The translations under genes were made by a program, and so were the position numbers. A DNA stretch of 64,000 nucleotides from assembly GCA_963729685.1 (NCBI GenBank), contig CAVSOX010000018.1, forward strand, positions 80,521 through 144,520, read 5' to 3'. The stretch is from an uncultured delta proteobacterium. Lineage in GTDB: Bacteria; Desulfobacterota; Syntrophorhabdia; Syntrophorhabdales; WCHB1-27. Every line of letters begins with the position of its first letter. Positions within the stretch are counted from its first letter, which is position 1. The notes beneath the pieces were generated by a model. That model searched no databases, was not told where the DNA came from, and was given only the letters and a program-made list of their open reading frames with translations. Shown here piece after piece: positions 18,581 through 27,483 of the stretch.

Positions 18581-20373
18581 GAGACGGTTAATTCTGTCCC
18601 TGGCCCCGCCAGATCCGGGCCGGTCGCGTCCTGCTTTCCCGGTCCGGGCCGGACCGGCAGCCTGATGCGGAAATGGCTGCCTGCTCCCGGCGAGCTTTCC
18701 ACGCTCACCTCGCCCCCATGGAGGAGCGCGATATGTTTGACGATGGAGAGGCCGAGGCCCGTGCCCCCCGTCTTTCTCGACCTGGACTTGTCGACCACGT
18801 AGAAGCGCTCGAAGATGCGGGAGAGCTTCTCCCTCGGCATGCCTATGCCCGTATCGTTCACGCTGATGGTCACATCCTGATCGGCGTAGCCCAGCACCAG
18901 GCTGACCTCTCCTTTATCGGTGTACTTGATCGCATTGTCGAGGAGATTGATCAGCACCTGCTCGATCTTGAAAGGGTCCGCGTGCACGAGCGGTAAGTCG
19001 GCGGGACTTTCAAGCCCGAGGGCGAGGTTTTTCTCTTTGGCCTGGGCGTCGAATATGCGCATCGTCTGCTCCGCGAGGGCCTTCAGGTCGACCTCCTCGA
19101 TCTGCAATTCGGCGCCTTTTTCCTCGAGCTGGGCGAGCAGGAGGAGGTCACGGACTATATTGATGAGCCTGTCCGTATTTCTCTTGATGATCTCCACGTA
19201 ATGCCTGTTCTTCCCCTCCACCTCCTCTTCAAGGGTTTCGGCGAAGCCCTTTATCGAGGTGAGGGGGGTGCGCAGCTCGTGGGAGACACTCGACACCAGG
19301 TCCCGTTTGATCTTTTCGACCTCTTTCATGCTGGTAATATCGTGGAGGACGAGGACCATTTCATCCTCGGACTCGACATGGGTGGCGCTGCATAAAAACG
19401 TCCTCCCCTCGATCTCCACCTCTTCGACGGGGCTGAGGCTGCCGCCCCGCGCCTTCTCCATCAGCTCGATGAACTGGGATTGTCCGAGGGCCTCCCAATA
19501 GAGCTGCCCCTCCAGGGCGGAGCCTCGCCCCAGGATGGCCTTCAGGCTCTCATTGCAGTAAATGATGGCGCCTTTCTTGCTGACGACCAGAAGACCCTCC
19601 CGGAGAGAGTCGACAATGCCCTTCAATTCCGCCTTCTGCCGTTTCAGCTCTTCGAATGCGCCGTTAAGCTCCCGGCTCATGGAATTGAAGGTGTCAGCCA
19701 ACGCCCGGAACTCATCGTTCCGCTTCATAAAGACGCGGGTGTTAAAGTCTCCCGAGGCGAGTTTTCGCGCTGCCCCGGTCAGCTCGCCGATGGGCTTCGA
19801 GATGCTCCTTGAGACGATCAGGGTCGCGATGAGGGCGAGCAGGGAAAAGAGCGCCAACATCTCGATCATGCGACCCATCAACCGTGGCGGGATGTTGATA
19901 TCGGTGGCGAAGCGGCTCGTCCTTACCACGCCTTCGATTTTGCCGTCTTTTTCCAGGGGGAGGGCAACGTAGAGCGCCTCCTGGGTGGTGGTGCTGCTGA
20001 AGCGTCTGGACGTCCCGGTCTTGCCGGTGAGGGCCTCGATAACCTCGGGCCTGTTCCGGTGGTTCTCCATGGACCGGGGGTCTTCGATGGAATCGGCGAC
20101 GACGGTGCCCTGGCTGTCGATCACCGTGATCCTTGTCTTCAGTTGTCGCCCCAGTCTCTTTGCCACGGCGTCAAGGCGGCCGTACGTGCCTTCCTCGATC
20201 GCATCCGCGGCATCGGCCTTGAGCGTGATGGCGAGGGTCGTGAGGGTCTCGATGACGGACTGGTTGTAGAGTCCCCTGAAGGTGTCGGAAAAAGCGAGCA
20301 GGCTCGCCCCTGAGAGCGCGAGGATAATGACCAGGTACCCGATGAATATACGCGCGAAAAACGAGCTCTTCAT
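18577..20373 (-). CDS. phoR: PhoR-like sensor histidine kinase (TM, HAMP, PAS, HisKA, HATPase)
   Basis: ORF 18577..20373. H-box SHELRTPLTSI, N-box LLDNAIKYT, G-box DTGIGMP / GGTGLGLSIV. 4-nt overlap with the upstream response regulator. Confidence 0.85.
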   Translation of the reverse strand: MKSSFFARIFIGYLVIILALSGASLLAFSDTFRGLYNQSVIETLTTLAITLKADAADAIEEGTYGRLDAVAKRLGRQLKTRITVIDSQGTVVADSIEDPRSMENHRNRPEVIEALTGKTGTSRRFSSTTTQEALYVALPLEKDGKIEGVVRTSRFATDINIPPRLMGRMIEMLALFSLLALIATLIVSRSISKPIGELTGAARKLASGDFNTRVFMKRNDEFRALADTFNSMSRELNGAFEELKRQKAELKGIVDSLREGLLVVSKKGAIIYCNESLKAILGRGSALEGQLYWEALGQSQFIELMEKARGGSLSPVEEVEIEGRTFLCSATHVESEDEMVLVLHDITSMKEVEKIKRDLVSSVSHELRTPLTSIKGFAETLEEEVEGKNRHYVEIIKRNTDRLINIVRDLLLLAQLEEKGAELQIEEVDLKALAEQTMRIFDAQAKEKNLALGLESPADLPLVHADPFKIEQVLINLLDNAIKYTDKGEVSLVLGYADQDVTISVNDTGIGMPREKLSRIFERFYVVDKSRSRKTGGTGLGLSIVKHIALLHGGEVSVESSPGAGSHFRIRLPVRPGPGKQDATGPDLAGPGTELTVS

Positions 20374-21107
20374 GCTTCCAGCTTGTAGCCGGCCCCCCGG
20401 ACGTTCTTGAGGAGTCCGGACGCCTTGCCGAGCTTTTCTCTCAGGTGCCTGACGTGCACGTCGACGGTGCGGTCCGAGACGATCTTGTCATGGCCCCACA
20501 GGAAGTCGAGTATCTTCTCTCTGGAGAATACCCAGCCTGTTTTTGACGCGAGGAATTCGAGGATGCGGAACTCAACGGACGTGACCTCCACGGGCCGCCC
20601 TTCAACCGCGACCTGGTGCGTCTGCATGTCTATGGTCAGGAGGCCGCCGATCTCCACCCGCCGCGTGTGGGGTGCCTGGGGTCCCGTCCTCCTCAGGACC
20701 GCCTTGGCCCGCGCCACAAGCTCCTTGGGGGAAAATGGCTTTGTCACGTAATCATCCGCCCCTAGCTCCAGCCCGAGGACCCGGTCCACTTCGTCTGCCT
20801 TCGCGGTCAGCATGATCACCGGCACGGCGGAGAGCCGCTCGTCCCTCCGCAGGAATTTGCACACCTCCACACCATCGGCGTCGGGCAGCATCAGGTCGAG
20901 AAGCACCAGGTCGGGTACGTCCTGCCTTAAGAAACGGTAGAAAGACTCGGCATCGAGGAACTCCCTCACCTTCATCCCCGTCTTTTTCAAATGGACCGCG
21001 ACAAGCTCGATGATGTCGGGATCGTCGTCCACGACCGCGACGAGGGGCACCTTCCCTGGGACCGGCGGCGTTATCTCGTATTCCACCTCTTCCTCCGCAT
21101 CCTTCAT
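20370..21107 (-). CDS. phoB: OmpR/PhoB-family response regulator
   Basis: ORF 20370..21107. Receiver DLVLLDLMLPDADG and winged-helix C-terminus RGAGYKLE. Confidence 0.85.
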   Translation of the reverse strand: MKDAEEEVEYEITPPVPGKVPLVAVVDDDPDIIELVAVHLKKTGMKVREFLDAESFYRFLRQDVPDLVLLDLMLPDADGVEVCKFLRRDERLSAVPVIMLTAKADEVDRVLGLELGADDYVTKPFSPKELVARAKAVLRRTGPQAPHTRRVEIGGLLTIDMQTHQVAVEGRPVEVTSVEFRILEFLASKTGWVFSREKILDFLWGHDKIVSDRTVDVHVRHLREKLGKASGLLKNVRGAGYKLEA

Positions 21108-21202
21108 ACTACGTTATTTATAGTATATTATCACATGAAGCACGACGTTGCCGCATATCTTTCTCGCGGCCGGCAAAAAACGGGCGTGCCGCGTCTTATT
21201 GG

Positions 21203-21692
21203 CTAATACTCTTTCACGGGCATCATATTGAGGACGCGCCGGAGCGCGACGAGCTCTCCCACGTGAAAGGCGTTATGGTCGGCAACGAGGAGTATCTCCC
21301 GGAATATGACGTACTCTTTTGCGTGGGGGATGGGGGCGAACAGGTCGGCCCGCGGGTTCTTGACGATCTGCTGCACTGCCGCCAGATCGGCGCGGAAGGC
21401 CTCGACGCTCTTTTCCCACTCCGCCCGCGTTGCCTGCTTGCCGGGCGTGGGCCAGTAGCCCCCGGGAAAGTCCGGGGACACGTGGCGGGGGTCCCTCACG
21501 GAACTCGAGGATATCCCACTGGGCAATCCTCATATGGTCGAGGAGGTGCCAGACCGTATAGTTGCCGTGGGGCACCTTCCTGTTGATATCCGCCATGGGA
21601 AACCCGGAAACGGCGTCGTCGAAGGTCATGTGCGCATTGCCGCCCCGCAAGAGTGCGAGCAGTTCCTTTCGCATTATTTTGTCGGTATTCAT
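21203..21692 (-). CDS. DinB-family protein, frameshifted near 21501
   Basis: ATG at 21692 (GGAGGG upstream) gives MNTDKIMRKELLALLRGGNAHMTFDDAV...WHLLDHMRIAQWDILEF. Continues in ORF 21203..21526 (VRDPRHVSPDFPGGYWP...HNAFHVGELV). Confidence 0.75.
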
Positions 21693-21830
21693 CGGTATTC
21701 CCTCCTGGTGAAAAATATAAGCCCTCTTTCTGCTCGCGTGCACGGCCCCGCGCGGGAAGGCCGTTTTGGAAGCCGCCTGCGCACTTTCAGCGGCCTTCGC
21801 CAATATTTTTTTGTGATCTCGAAAAAAGAC

Positions 21831-21859
21831 TTGACATATGTATTACAAAGTAGTACATT
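21831..21859 (+). promoter_or_regulatory. sigma70-like promoter candidate
   Basis: TTGACA (21831-21836), 17-nt spacer, TACATT (21854-21859). It would start transcription at about the ATG at 21867. Confidence 0.3.
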
Positions 21860-21866
21860 GGAAGAG

Positions 21867-21983
21867 ATGAAACCACGACACAGAGAATCTCCTCGGCCAT
21901 CCCCCTCCTTTTCGACCCTCACCTTGCTTCTCTCCGGTCTATTCGGCCTCGTTGCCATGAAAGGAAGGAGACACGAAGCGTAA
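21867..21983 (+). CDS. 38-aa small ORF consisting almost only of a PEP-CTERM-like anchor
   Basis: Own translation: MKPRHRESPRPSPSFSTLTLLLSGLFGLVAMKGRRHEA. PSP, then a 16-residue hydrophobic stretch, then KGRR resembles the PEP-CTERM sorting motif. Upstream in-frame sequence is antisense to the DinB gene. Confidence 0.3.
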   Translation: MKPRHRESPRPSPSFSTLTLLLSGLFGLVAMKGRRHEA

Positions 21984-22015
21984 TCTCCGCGGGTGCGCTT
22001 GAGGCCCGCCGAGCT

Positions 22016-22048
22016 TTCCGGCCGCCGCTTCCCCGGCGGCGGCCGGAA
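22016..22048 (+). terminator. GC-rich 12-13 bp hairpin downstream of the small ORF
   Basis: ttccggccgccg / cttccccgg / cggcggccggaa. No clear T-tract follows. Confidence 0.35.
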
Positions 22049-22206
22049 GGGCCGGTCGGTTCCTAAAGACGTTCGCAGTTCTCCCTCAGCTTATGGCTAT
22101 GGCCGACAGCTATGGTCAGTAGTTATGTCGCCAGCAGTTATTGCGCGGCGGCTGTTTCATGTGGTAATACTTTGCGGAGAACTTTTCCGCGGGAACGGTC
22201 GACGAC

Positions 22207-23046
22207 ATGTCTACGCCGGGTCGAAAGACGGTAACCTTTGAAACCAAGTGCTACGAGAACGATTGGGAGTACCTGCTGAAGGCCGGACGGCTGGAAAAGG
22301 CCGTGGGCTTGTGCCGCTACCCTTTCGACCGGGTGGTCCTCCACATCAACAACGTGAAGGACCCGGATAAGGTTGCGGCCTACGCGTCGAGACTTCTCCA
22401 TTCCGGCGTCATCAGCGATGTCGTGCGGGTCTCTGACTATGCCGGGCAGGTGCTCGATGCTTTCGGCTGCGACGCTGAAAGCTTCAAGGGGGGCTACTAC
22501 TACTCCATCGCTGAAATGACCGCGATCTACCTTTGCAAGACGGACTATCTGCTCCATTTTTCCAGCGATACCATAATGGCGAACAGAGAAGAATGGATAG
22601 GGTCCGCCATCGGGCGGATGGAGGAAAACCCGGAAATACTCGTCGCCAACCCGACCTGGAACGATAAATTCCACAGGGCCAGGGAGGGATCGATCACCGA
22701 GGACGACGCATTTTATACAGGCCACGGTTTCTCGGACCAGTGCTATCTCATCGCGCCGGCCCGTTTCCGGTCGCCGATCTACAATGAAAGACACCCGGTC
22801 AGCCAGAGGGATTTTCCCCCGTACGGAGGCGAGTCCTTCGAGAAAAGGGTCGACGCCTATATGAGAAATCACGGTTATTTAAGGATCACGAGCAAGAGGG
22901 CGTCGTACCGCCACCAGAATTTCCCTCGGAACAGGCTGGCGAAGCTGGCGGCCGTCTCGTTGGCGAAGGCGCGCTCCCTCCTTGCCGGTGCGTCCGTCTC
23001 GCGCGAAAAAGCGACGCCGCGGCCGAAGGGCCATATTCTCTCTTGA
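22207..23046 (+). CDS. hypothetical protein (family not recognised)
   Basis: ORF 22207..23046 with balanced, protein-like composition. The overlapping minus-strand ORF 22138..22872 is R/G/V-rich, typical of an antisense frame. Confidence 0.6.
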   Translation: MSTPGRKTVTFETKCYENDWEYLLKAGRLEKAVGLCRYPFDRVVLHINNVKDPDKVAAYASRLLHSGVISDVVRVSDYAGQVLDAFGCDAESFKGGYYYSIAEMTAIYLCKTDYLLHFSSDTIMANREEWIGSAIGRMEENPEILVANPTWNDKFHRAREGSITEDDAFYTGHGFSDQCYLIAPARFRSPIYNERHPVSQRDFPPYGGESFEKRVDAYMRNHGYLRITSKRASYRHQNFPRNRLAKLAAVSLAKARSLLAGASVSREKATPRPKGHILS

Positions 23047-23076
23047 AATTTGGGCGGGATAGCGGGAAAATGAGGG

Positions 23077-23796
23077 ATGCTCGCGAGCGGGCCCCCCAGG
23101 AACCGGCTCACACCACTGCGGAGATTCCTCAAGCTCTTCCATCCCGAGGGTATTCCCCTGCCCGGCGCATTTCTCTACGACCGGATAAGCGCGACAGGCG
23201 TATTTCAGGACCTTTACGAGCGCGTCAGCCGGCACATACTCACCTTTTGCCCTCAAGGGTATCTGCTCGACGTCGGCACGGGACCGGGCCGGCTGCTCGT
23301 GAGGCTTCACGATGCCGCCCCGGATATGCGGCTGGCCGGGATAGACATTTCAGCCGCCATGGTCCGGAGGGCCGCTAAGAACATGGAGTCATCGGGGCTG
23401 CGCGGCGTCATAGATATAAGAGAAGGCGGCGCTGCCACGATCCCCTTTCCCGACAACACCTTCGATATTGTCGTCAGCACCGGAACGATCCATCACTGGA
23501 AGGACCCGATAGCGGCGTTACACGAGATCTATCGCGTGCTCAAAGACGGAAGATATGCCCTTATGTACGATGTGGTGAGCGATACGCCGTCGTACGTCTT
23601 ACAGCAGATGGCGCGCAAATTCGGAAGGCTGAAAACGACCTTCTTCTGGATACATGCCTTCGAAGAGCCCTTCTACAGTCTCTCTGCGTTCGAGCGGCTT
23701 GCCGATGACACCCCTTTCGCCAATGAAGGGACGCGGTTTGTGGGTATCCTCTGCTGCCTGATCCTGAAGAAGGAGATTCCGGACATAGTTGCGTGA
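23077..23796 (+). CDS. class I SAM-dependent methyltransferase
   Basis: Motif I LLDVGTGPGRL. Also FDIVVSTGTIHHWKDP. Confidence 0.8.
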   Translation: MLASGPPRNRLTPLRRFLKLFHPEGIPLPGAFLYDRISATGVFQDLYERVSRHILTFCPQGYLLDVGTGPGRLLVRLHDAAPDMRLAGIDISAAMVRRAAKNMESSGLRGVIDIREGGAATIPFPDNTFDIVVSTGTIHHWKDPIAALHEIYRVLKDGRYALMYDVVSDTPSYVLQQMARKFGRLKTTFFWIHAFEEPFYSLSAFERLADDTPFANEGTRFVGILCCLILKKEIPDIVA

Positions 23797-23835
23797 AGGG
23801 AAACGCATTCTGTTTGCGGCAGCCCTTTTAGTCCT

Positions 23836-24558
23836 TCAAATCGGGTAGAACCGGCATTCGGCCTTCTTGCATTCCTTGTTCAGGTGATGGAACTCGCATC
23901 GCACCACGTCCGGACTCGCTCCCAGCTCCACCTGGAACTCTTCTTTTACAAAGCGAAGGGCCTCCAGTATGGCGAGAAAGGAATTTCTCTTGCAGCAGCG
24001 AGGCCCGCCGGCGAGAGCGATGGTGCGGAGGCTCTCCGCGGTCATCAGGTTGGAGAGCCTCCATTCTCTTTCGGATAAGGGCGTTGCGCCCGTCATGACG
24101 CTCATGAATATGCCCGTTCCGACGGCGGCGCCGCAGTCGCCATAAAAGCCGCAGAAGCCTCCGAGGACCTTCTCTGCGCGCTGCCGGGCTTTCCTGATCC
24201 GCGCCTCTTTCTCCCCGGGCTCGGCCTTCACGTTGTAAAAGGCCGAGAGCAGGACGGCAGGGACGAGGAAATGATGCTCGGGGCCGTGCATCTTCACGCC
24301 GGGACTCTTCATCAGCGTAATCGCCATGTCGAGCGGGTCTTTCGAGGCGCTCGCTATCGTGAAACGTTCAATGAGGTCGTCGGCCGGCAAAGAATGGCAG
24401 GCGTCGCAGACAAAATGATCGTCCACACACTTCGCCTGGGTGCTGAAGACGCCGTGACAGAATACGCACCGGAGCTCCTCGGGTTGGTCGACGTAGTGAA
24501 GCTCTTTGCCGCAAAAGGCACAGCCGCTCTTGTGTTCCACCGGTACCTCCCCATACAT
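23836..24558 (-). CDS. cysteine-rich protein with N-terminal zinc-ribbon-like CxxC pairs (DUF5714-like, from memory)
   Basis: ORF 23836..24558. Contains CAFCGKE...CVFCHG...CDAC, then GFCGFYGDCGAAVG and GGPRCCKR. Confidence 0.55.
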   Translation of the reverse strand: MYGEVPVEHKSGCAFCGKELHYVDQPEELRCVFCHGVFSTQAKCVDDHFVCDACHSLPADDLIERFTIASASKDPLDMAITLMKSPGVKMHGPEHHFLVPAVLLSAFYNVKAEPGEKEARIRKARQRAEKVLGGFCGFYGDCGAAVGTGIFMSVMTGATPLSEREWRLSNLMTAESLRTIALAGGPRCCKRNSFLAILEALRFVKEEFQVELGASPDVVRCEFHHLNKECKKAECRFYPI

Positions 24559-24624
24559 GCACGCCAGGAAACAATCTCCCTGCCGCCCTTCTTGACGCGG
24601 ACGATGCGCTTGCTTGTCCGGCCT

Positions 24625-24960
24625 TCAATAGATGCATGCATCGAGTATCGACAGAGCCGTATCGAGCACGTCATCGGAGGCCTTTCCGATCTGCTTTGCT
24701 TTGCGTGCACGAAAATCGATGGACTTTACCTGCTCGACCATAACAAATCCACTTACATGGGGGTTATCCGTTACGGGTACGTGAAACGGATAACCCCGAT
24801 CAGTCGTGGTTAAGGGACACACAATCACAAGGCCGGTTTGCTCGTTAAACAGGGTGTTGCTTACTACGAGGGCAGGCCGGCGGCCTTTCTGCTCATGGCC
24901 GGACTGGGGGTCGAAGGTAACGGCGATGAAATCCCCTTTTCTGGGAGCATAGGGTTTCAC
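24625..24960 (-). CDS. mazF: type II toxin MazF/PemK family endoribonuclease
   Basis: GTG start at 24960. KGDFIAVTFDPQSGHEQKGRRPALVVS and VCPLTT motifs. Immediately follows mazE. Confidence 0.85.
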   Translation of the reverse strand: MKPYAPRKGDFIAVTFDPQSGHEQKGRRPALVVSNTLFNEQTGLVIVCPLTTTDRGYPFHVPVTDNPHVSGFVMVEQVKSIDFRARKAKQIGKASDDVLDTALSILDACIY

Positions 24961-25209
24961 TTACCATACCTCTTTGCCGACCGGCTTACCCCAATCGGTC
25001 TCTTCGGGCCCGTAGTCTTCGGGTATCCGCGACACCAGTTCTCGTAAGCTCTGTTTGCCGCGGATACGCCTCACCGGAGCAATGACAATCATGCCGTCCC
25101 GGGCGACTACGTCGACATCGTCACCAACCGCAATGCGTGCATCCTCAAGCACCTGCCTCGCGATACGCAAACCTTGGCTGTTCCCCCATCTCTGAACCTT
25201 CGTGACCAT
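24961..25209 (-). CDS. mazE: type II antitoxin MazE (AbrB/SpoVT fold)
   Basis: ATG at 25209 (GGAGG upstream) gives MVTKVQRWGNSQGLRIARQVLEDA. Confidence 0.8.
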   Translation of the reverse strand: MVTKVQRWGNSQGLRIARQVLEDARIAVGDDVDVVARDGMIVIAPVRRIRGKQSLRELVSRIPEDYGPEETDWGKPVGKEVW

Positions 25210-25566
25210 ACTCTCGCCTCCTATGGATATCCTAAGTATATCCCGCAGAAATGCCCACGTCAAGTCGGGCCAAGCCGGCCCTCTAGTCCACCCCTGGCCG
25301 CTCTGAGCAGCTTTCGATTATTGTTCGTTATGAATAGCGATCTGATAGACGGAACTACGTCCACGAAGTCGTCCTATGCAGCTTATTGCGCCGGACATTT
25401 TATTTGAAAAATCACTCGTCTCCCGTCATAATTGTGGAAAGCACTCACGATCTCCTTTGACTACAGTGAAAGCATATAAAGATCAGGAACTTTTTCATGG
25501 AAAAAGGGAATTTCTCCCTTAATATGGCACGAGGCGTCCCGAGAAAGTCGACAAGGAGGTAATGCC

Positions 25567-26403
25567 ATGGCCTTTGATGCCGGACAATACAAGAAGGTGG
25601 AGCGTGAAGTCTACAGCATGACTGCGGCAAGTTATGAGAAATACGGCGGAGAGACCTTTCGGGCGTATGCACAGAGGTTACTGGACGGAGCCGGGTTAAA
25701 GCCGGGTCAGCATGTGCTTGACGTGGCGTGCGGCCCCGGCATCCCTTCCCTTATGGTTGCTCCGCTCGTTGGCAGGGACGGAGCGGTGGTGGGGATCGAC
25801 CTCGCTCCCGGAATGGTCGAACTGGCAAAGAAAAAGGCTGAAGAAGCCGGCCTCACCAACATGACTTTCCGCGAAGCGGATGCAGAGGAGCTTCCTTTCC
25901 CGGATGACTCCTTCGACGTGGTTCTGTGCAACCACGGTCTCGTACATACCACCGACCGCGTGAAAGCGCTGCGAGAAATGTGGCGGGTCTTGAAAAGGGG
26001 CGGAAGCATAGCGATTTCCACGTGGAGTACCCCGGAACGATCGCTGACGATCAGTATGGTCGCGAAGGCGATACGAGAGCATTTTCCGGCAGCAATTGTG
26101 CCGGGAGCACCCATGTGGTTCGACTTCGGACCGGAAGGCGTCCTGCAGAAGGCGCTATCCGACGCGGGCTTTGATAAGATAAGGCTGGCGCGACACACCA
26201 TTAGCCAACAGATGCAAAACGGAGAAGAATACTGGGCTGCCGTGGTGGGAATAAGCGGCCGCCTGCAAATGCTGCTGCAAAATATTCCACCCGAGGTCGC
26301 ATCAAATATCAAGGGGGACGTCATAAAAGCAGCCGAGAATTTGCGTGCGGGAGGAGTCGTCGAGATTCCTTGTGAGGAGTTGATAGCGTGGGCGAAGAGG
26401 TAG
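25567..26403 (+). CDS. class I SAM-dependent methyltransferase (UbiE/COQ5-like)
   Basis: VLDVACGPGIPS, ELPFPDDSFDVVLC, LKRGGSIAIS. AGGAGG upstream. Confidence 0.85.
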   Translation: MAFDAGQYKKVEREVYSMTAASYEKYGGETFRAYAQRLLDGAGLKPGQHVLDVACGPGIPSLMVAPLVGRDGAVVGIDLAPGMVELAKKKAEEAGLTNMTFREADAEELPFPDDSFDVVLCNHGLVHTTDRVKALREMWRVLKRGGSIAISTWSTPERSLTISMVAKAIREHFPAAIVPGAPMWFDFGPEGVLQKALSDAGFDKIRLARHTISQQMQNGEEYWAAVVGISGRLQMLLQNIPPEVASNIKGDVIKAAENLRAGGVVEIPCEELIAWAKR

Positions 26404-26404
26404 A

Positions 26405-26860
26405 TTACCCCAGCAGCCTTGCCACCCCCTTCCCATACTCCTGCCCCGCCCTCATGCCGTCCGGGCTGTTGACGACATCTTCCTTCACGTCGAAGGGGCC
26501 GAGCTCCGTCATCTTCATCCCGAGCGCCGATTCCATGATATCGAAAACGCGCTCTGCTGCCCCGCCGTCGCCGCTGCTCGGGTGGGAGCGGGTGCTGAAT
26601 GCGCCTCCTGCCTTTCCCTGCAAGCCGGCTTTTCCGGCGGCATCGAGGAGGGATGCGAAAGATTCGGGCATATCGAGGTGGTACGTGGGACACCCGAAGA
26701 TATAGGCATCATACCCGGCCAGATCCTGAGCACGTGCGATCTCGGAAGTCTTCCTGACATCCGCCTGATGACCGGCTATCCGCACCCCTTCCGCGACGTA
26801 GTCGGCCATCCGCCCGGTCGTGCCCGAGTTGCTGAAATAGACCACCAATATCTTTGCCAT
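26405..26860 (-). CDS. flavodoxin-family protein
   Basis: MAKILVVYFSNSGTTGRMA N-terminus and YIFGCPTY. Confidence 0.8.
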   Translation of the reverse strand: MAKILVVYFSNSGTTGRMADYVAEGVRIAGHQADVRKTSEIARAQDLAGYDAYIFGCPTYHLDMPESFASLLDAAGKAGLQGKAGGAFSTRSHPSSGDGGAAERVFDIMESALGMKMTELGPFDVKEDVVNSPDGMRAGQEYGKGVARLLG

Positions 26861-27009
26861 GGGTTGACCTCCCGAAAGAAACCTGTTTCTCAGTGAGAAT
26901 ATAATGTCTCGATCGGGCCTCCGGCAAGGAGGAGGGGGCCGCGGCCGGACCCGGTGTGATACGGAAGGGGCTGACTATCATGGTGAGGGAGAGACGGGGG
27001 TTAAAAAAG

Positions 27010-27084
27010 CGTCCCCAAGGGGATTTGAACCCCTGTCGCCGGCTTGAAAGGCCGGTGTCCTGGGCCAGGCTAGACGATGGGGAC
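27010..27084 (-). tRNA. tRNA-Glu (anticodon UUC)
   Basis: The reverse complement GTCCCCATCGTCTAGCCTGGCCCAGGACACCGGCCTTTCAAGCCGGCGACAGGGGTTCAAATCCCCTTGGGGACG folds as a cloverleaf. Anticodon loop CTTTCAA. CCA not encoded. Confidence 0.9.
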
Positions 27085-27086
27085 AA

Positions 27087-27159
27087 TGGGCCGTGCAAGA
27101 TTTGAACTTGCGACTCTCTGCTTAAAAGGCAGATACTCTGCCACCTGAGTTAACGGCCC
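27087..27159 (-). tRNA. tRNA-Lys (anticodon UUU)
   Basis: The reverse complement GGGCCGTTAACTCAGGTGGCAGAGTATCTGCCTTTTAAGCAGAGAGTCGCAAGTTCAAATCTTGCACGGCCCA folds as a cloverleaf. Anticodon loop CTTTTAA. Lies 2 nt upstream of tRNA-Glu. Confidence 0.9.
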
Positions 27160-27172
27160 TCGGAAGACAACA

Positions 27173-27200
27173 AAATATAGCAATTTGGCCCAATTGTCAA
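27173..27200 (-). promoter_or_regulatory. promoter candidate for the tRNA pair
   Basis: The minus strand reads TTGACA (27200-27195), 15-16 nt spacer, TATATT/ATATTT (27179-27173). Confidence 0.4.
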
Positions 27201-27483
27201 GCTTATTCAGGGTTTGGGCGGCCCGGTCGATTTCGCGCTCTGGATCAAAAATCGCCCCGGCCGTCTAAACATTCTCCGTTGCCGCCCCTTCTGCGTAAAT
27301 TTAAGCCCCCGCCGAAATGATTTCAACAGCCGAAAAGGGCCGCGCCCGGCTTAGGTGTGGGCGGCGCAAAAAGATAATGCTTTTGCCGTACCGTATGCTT
27401 ATATTTTATTCGAAGCTAAAGACGGCTCCATTAGCGCGGTTTCCCGCGGCCTGGTGATTTTTTATAATGACAGGGGGATTCTT

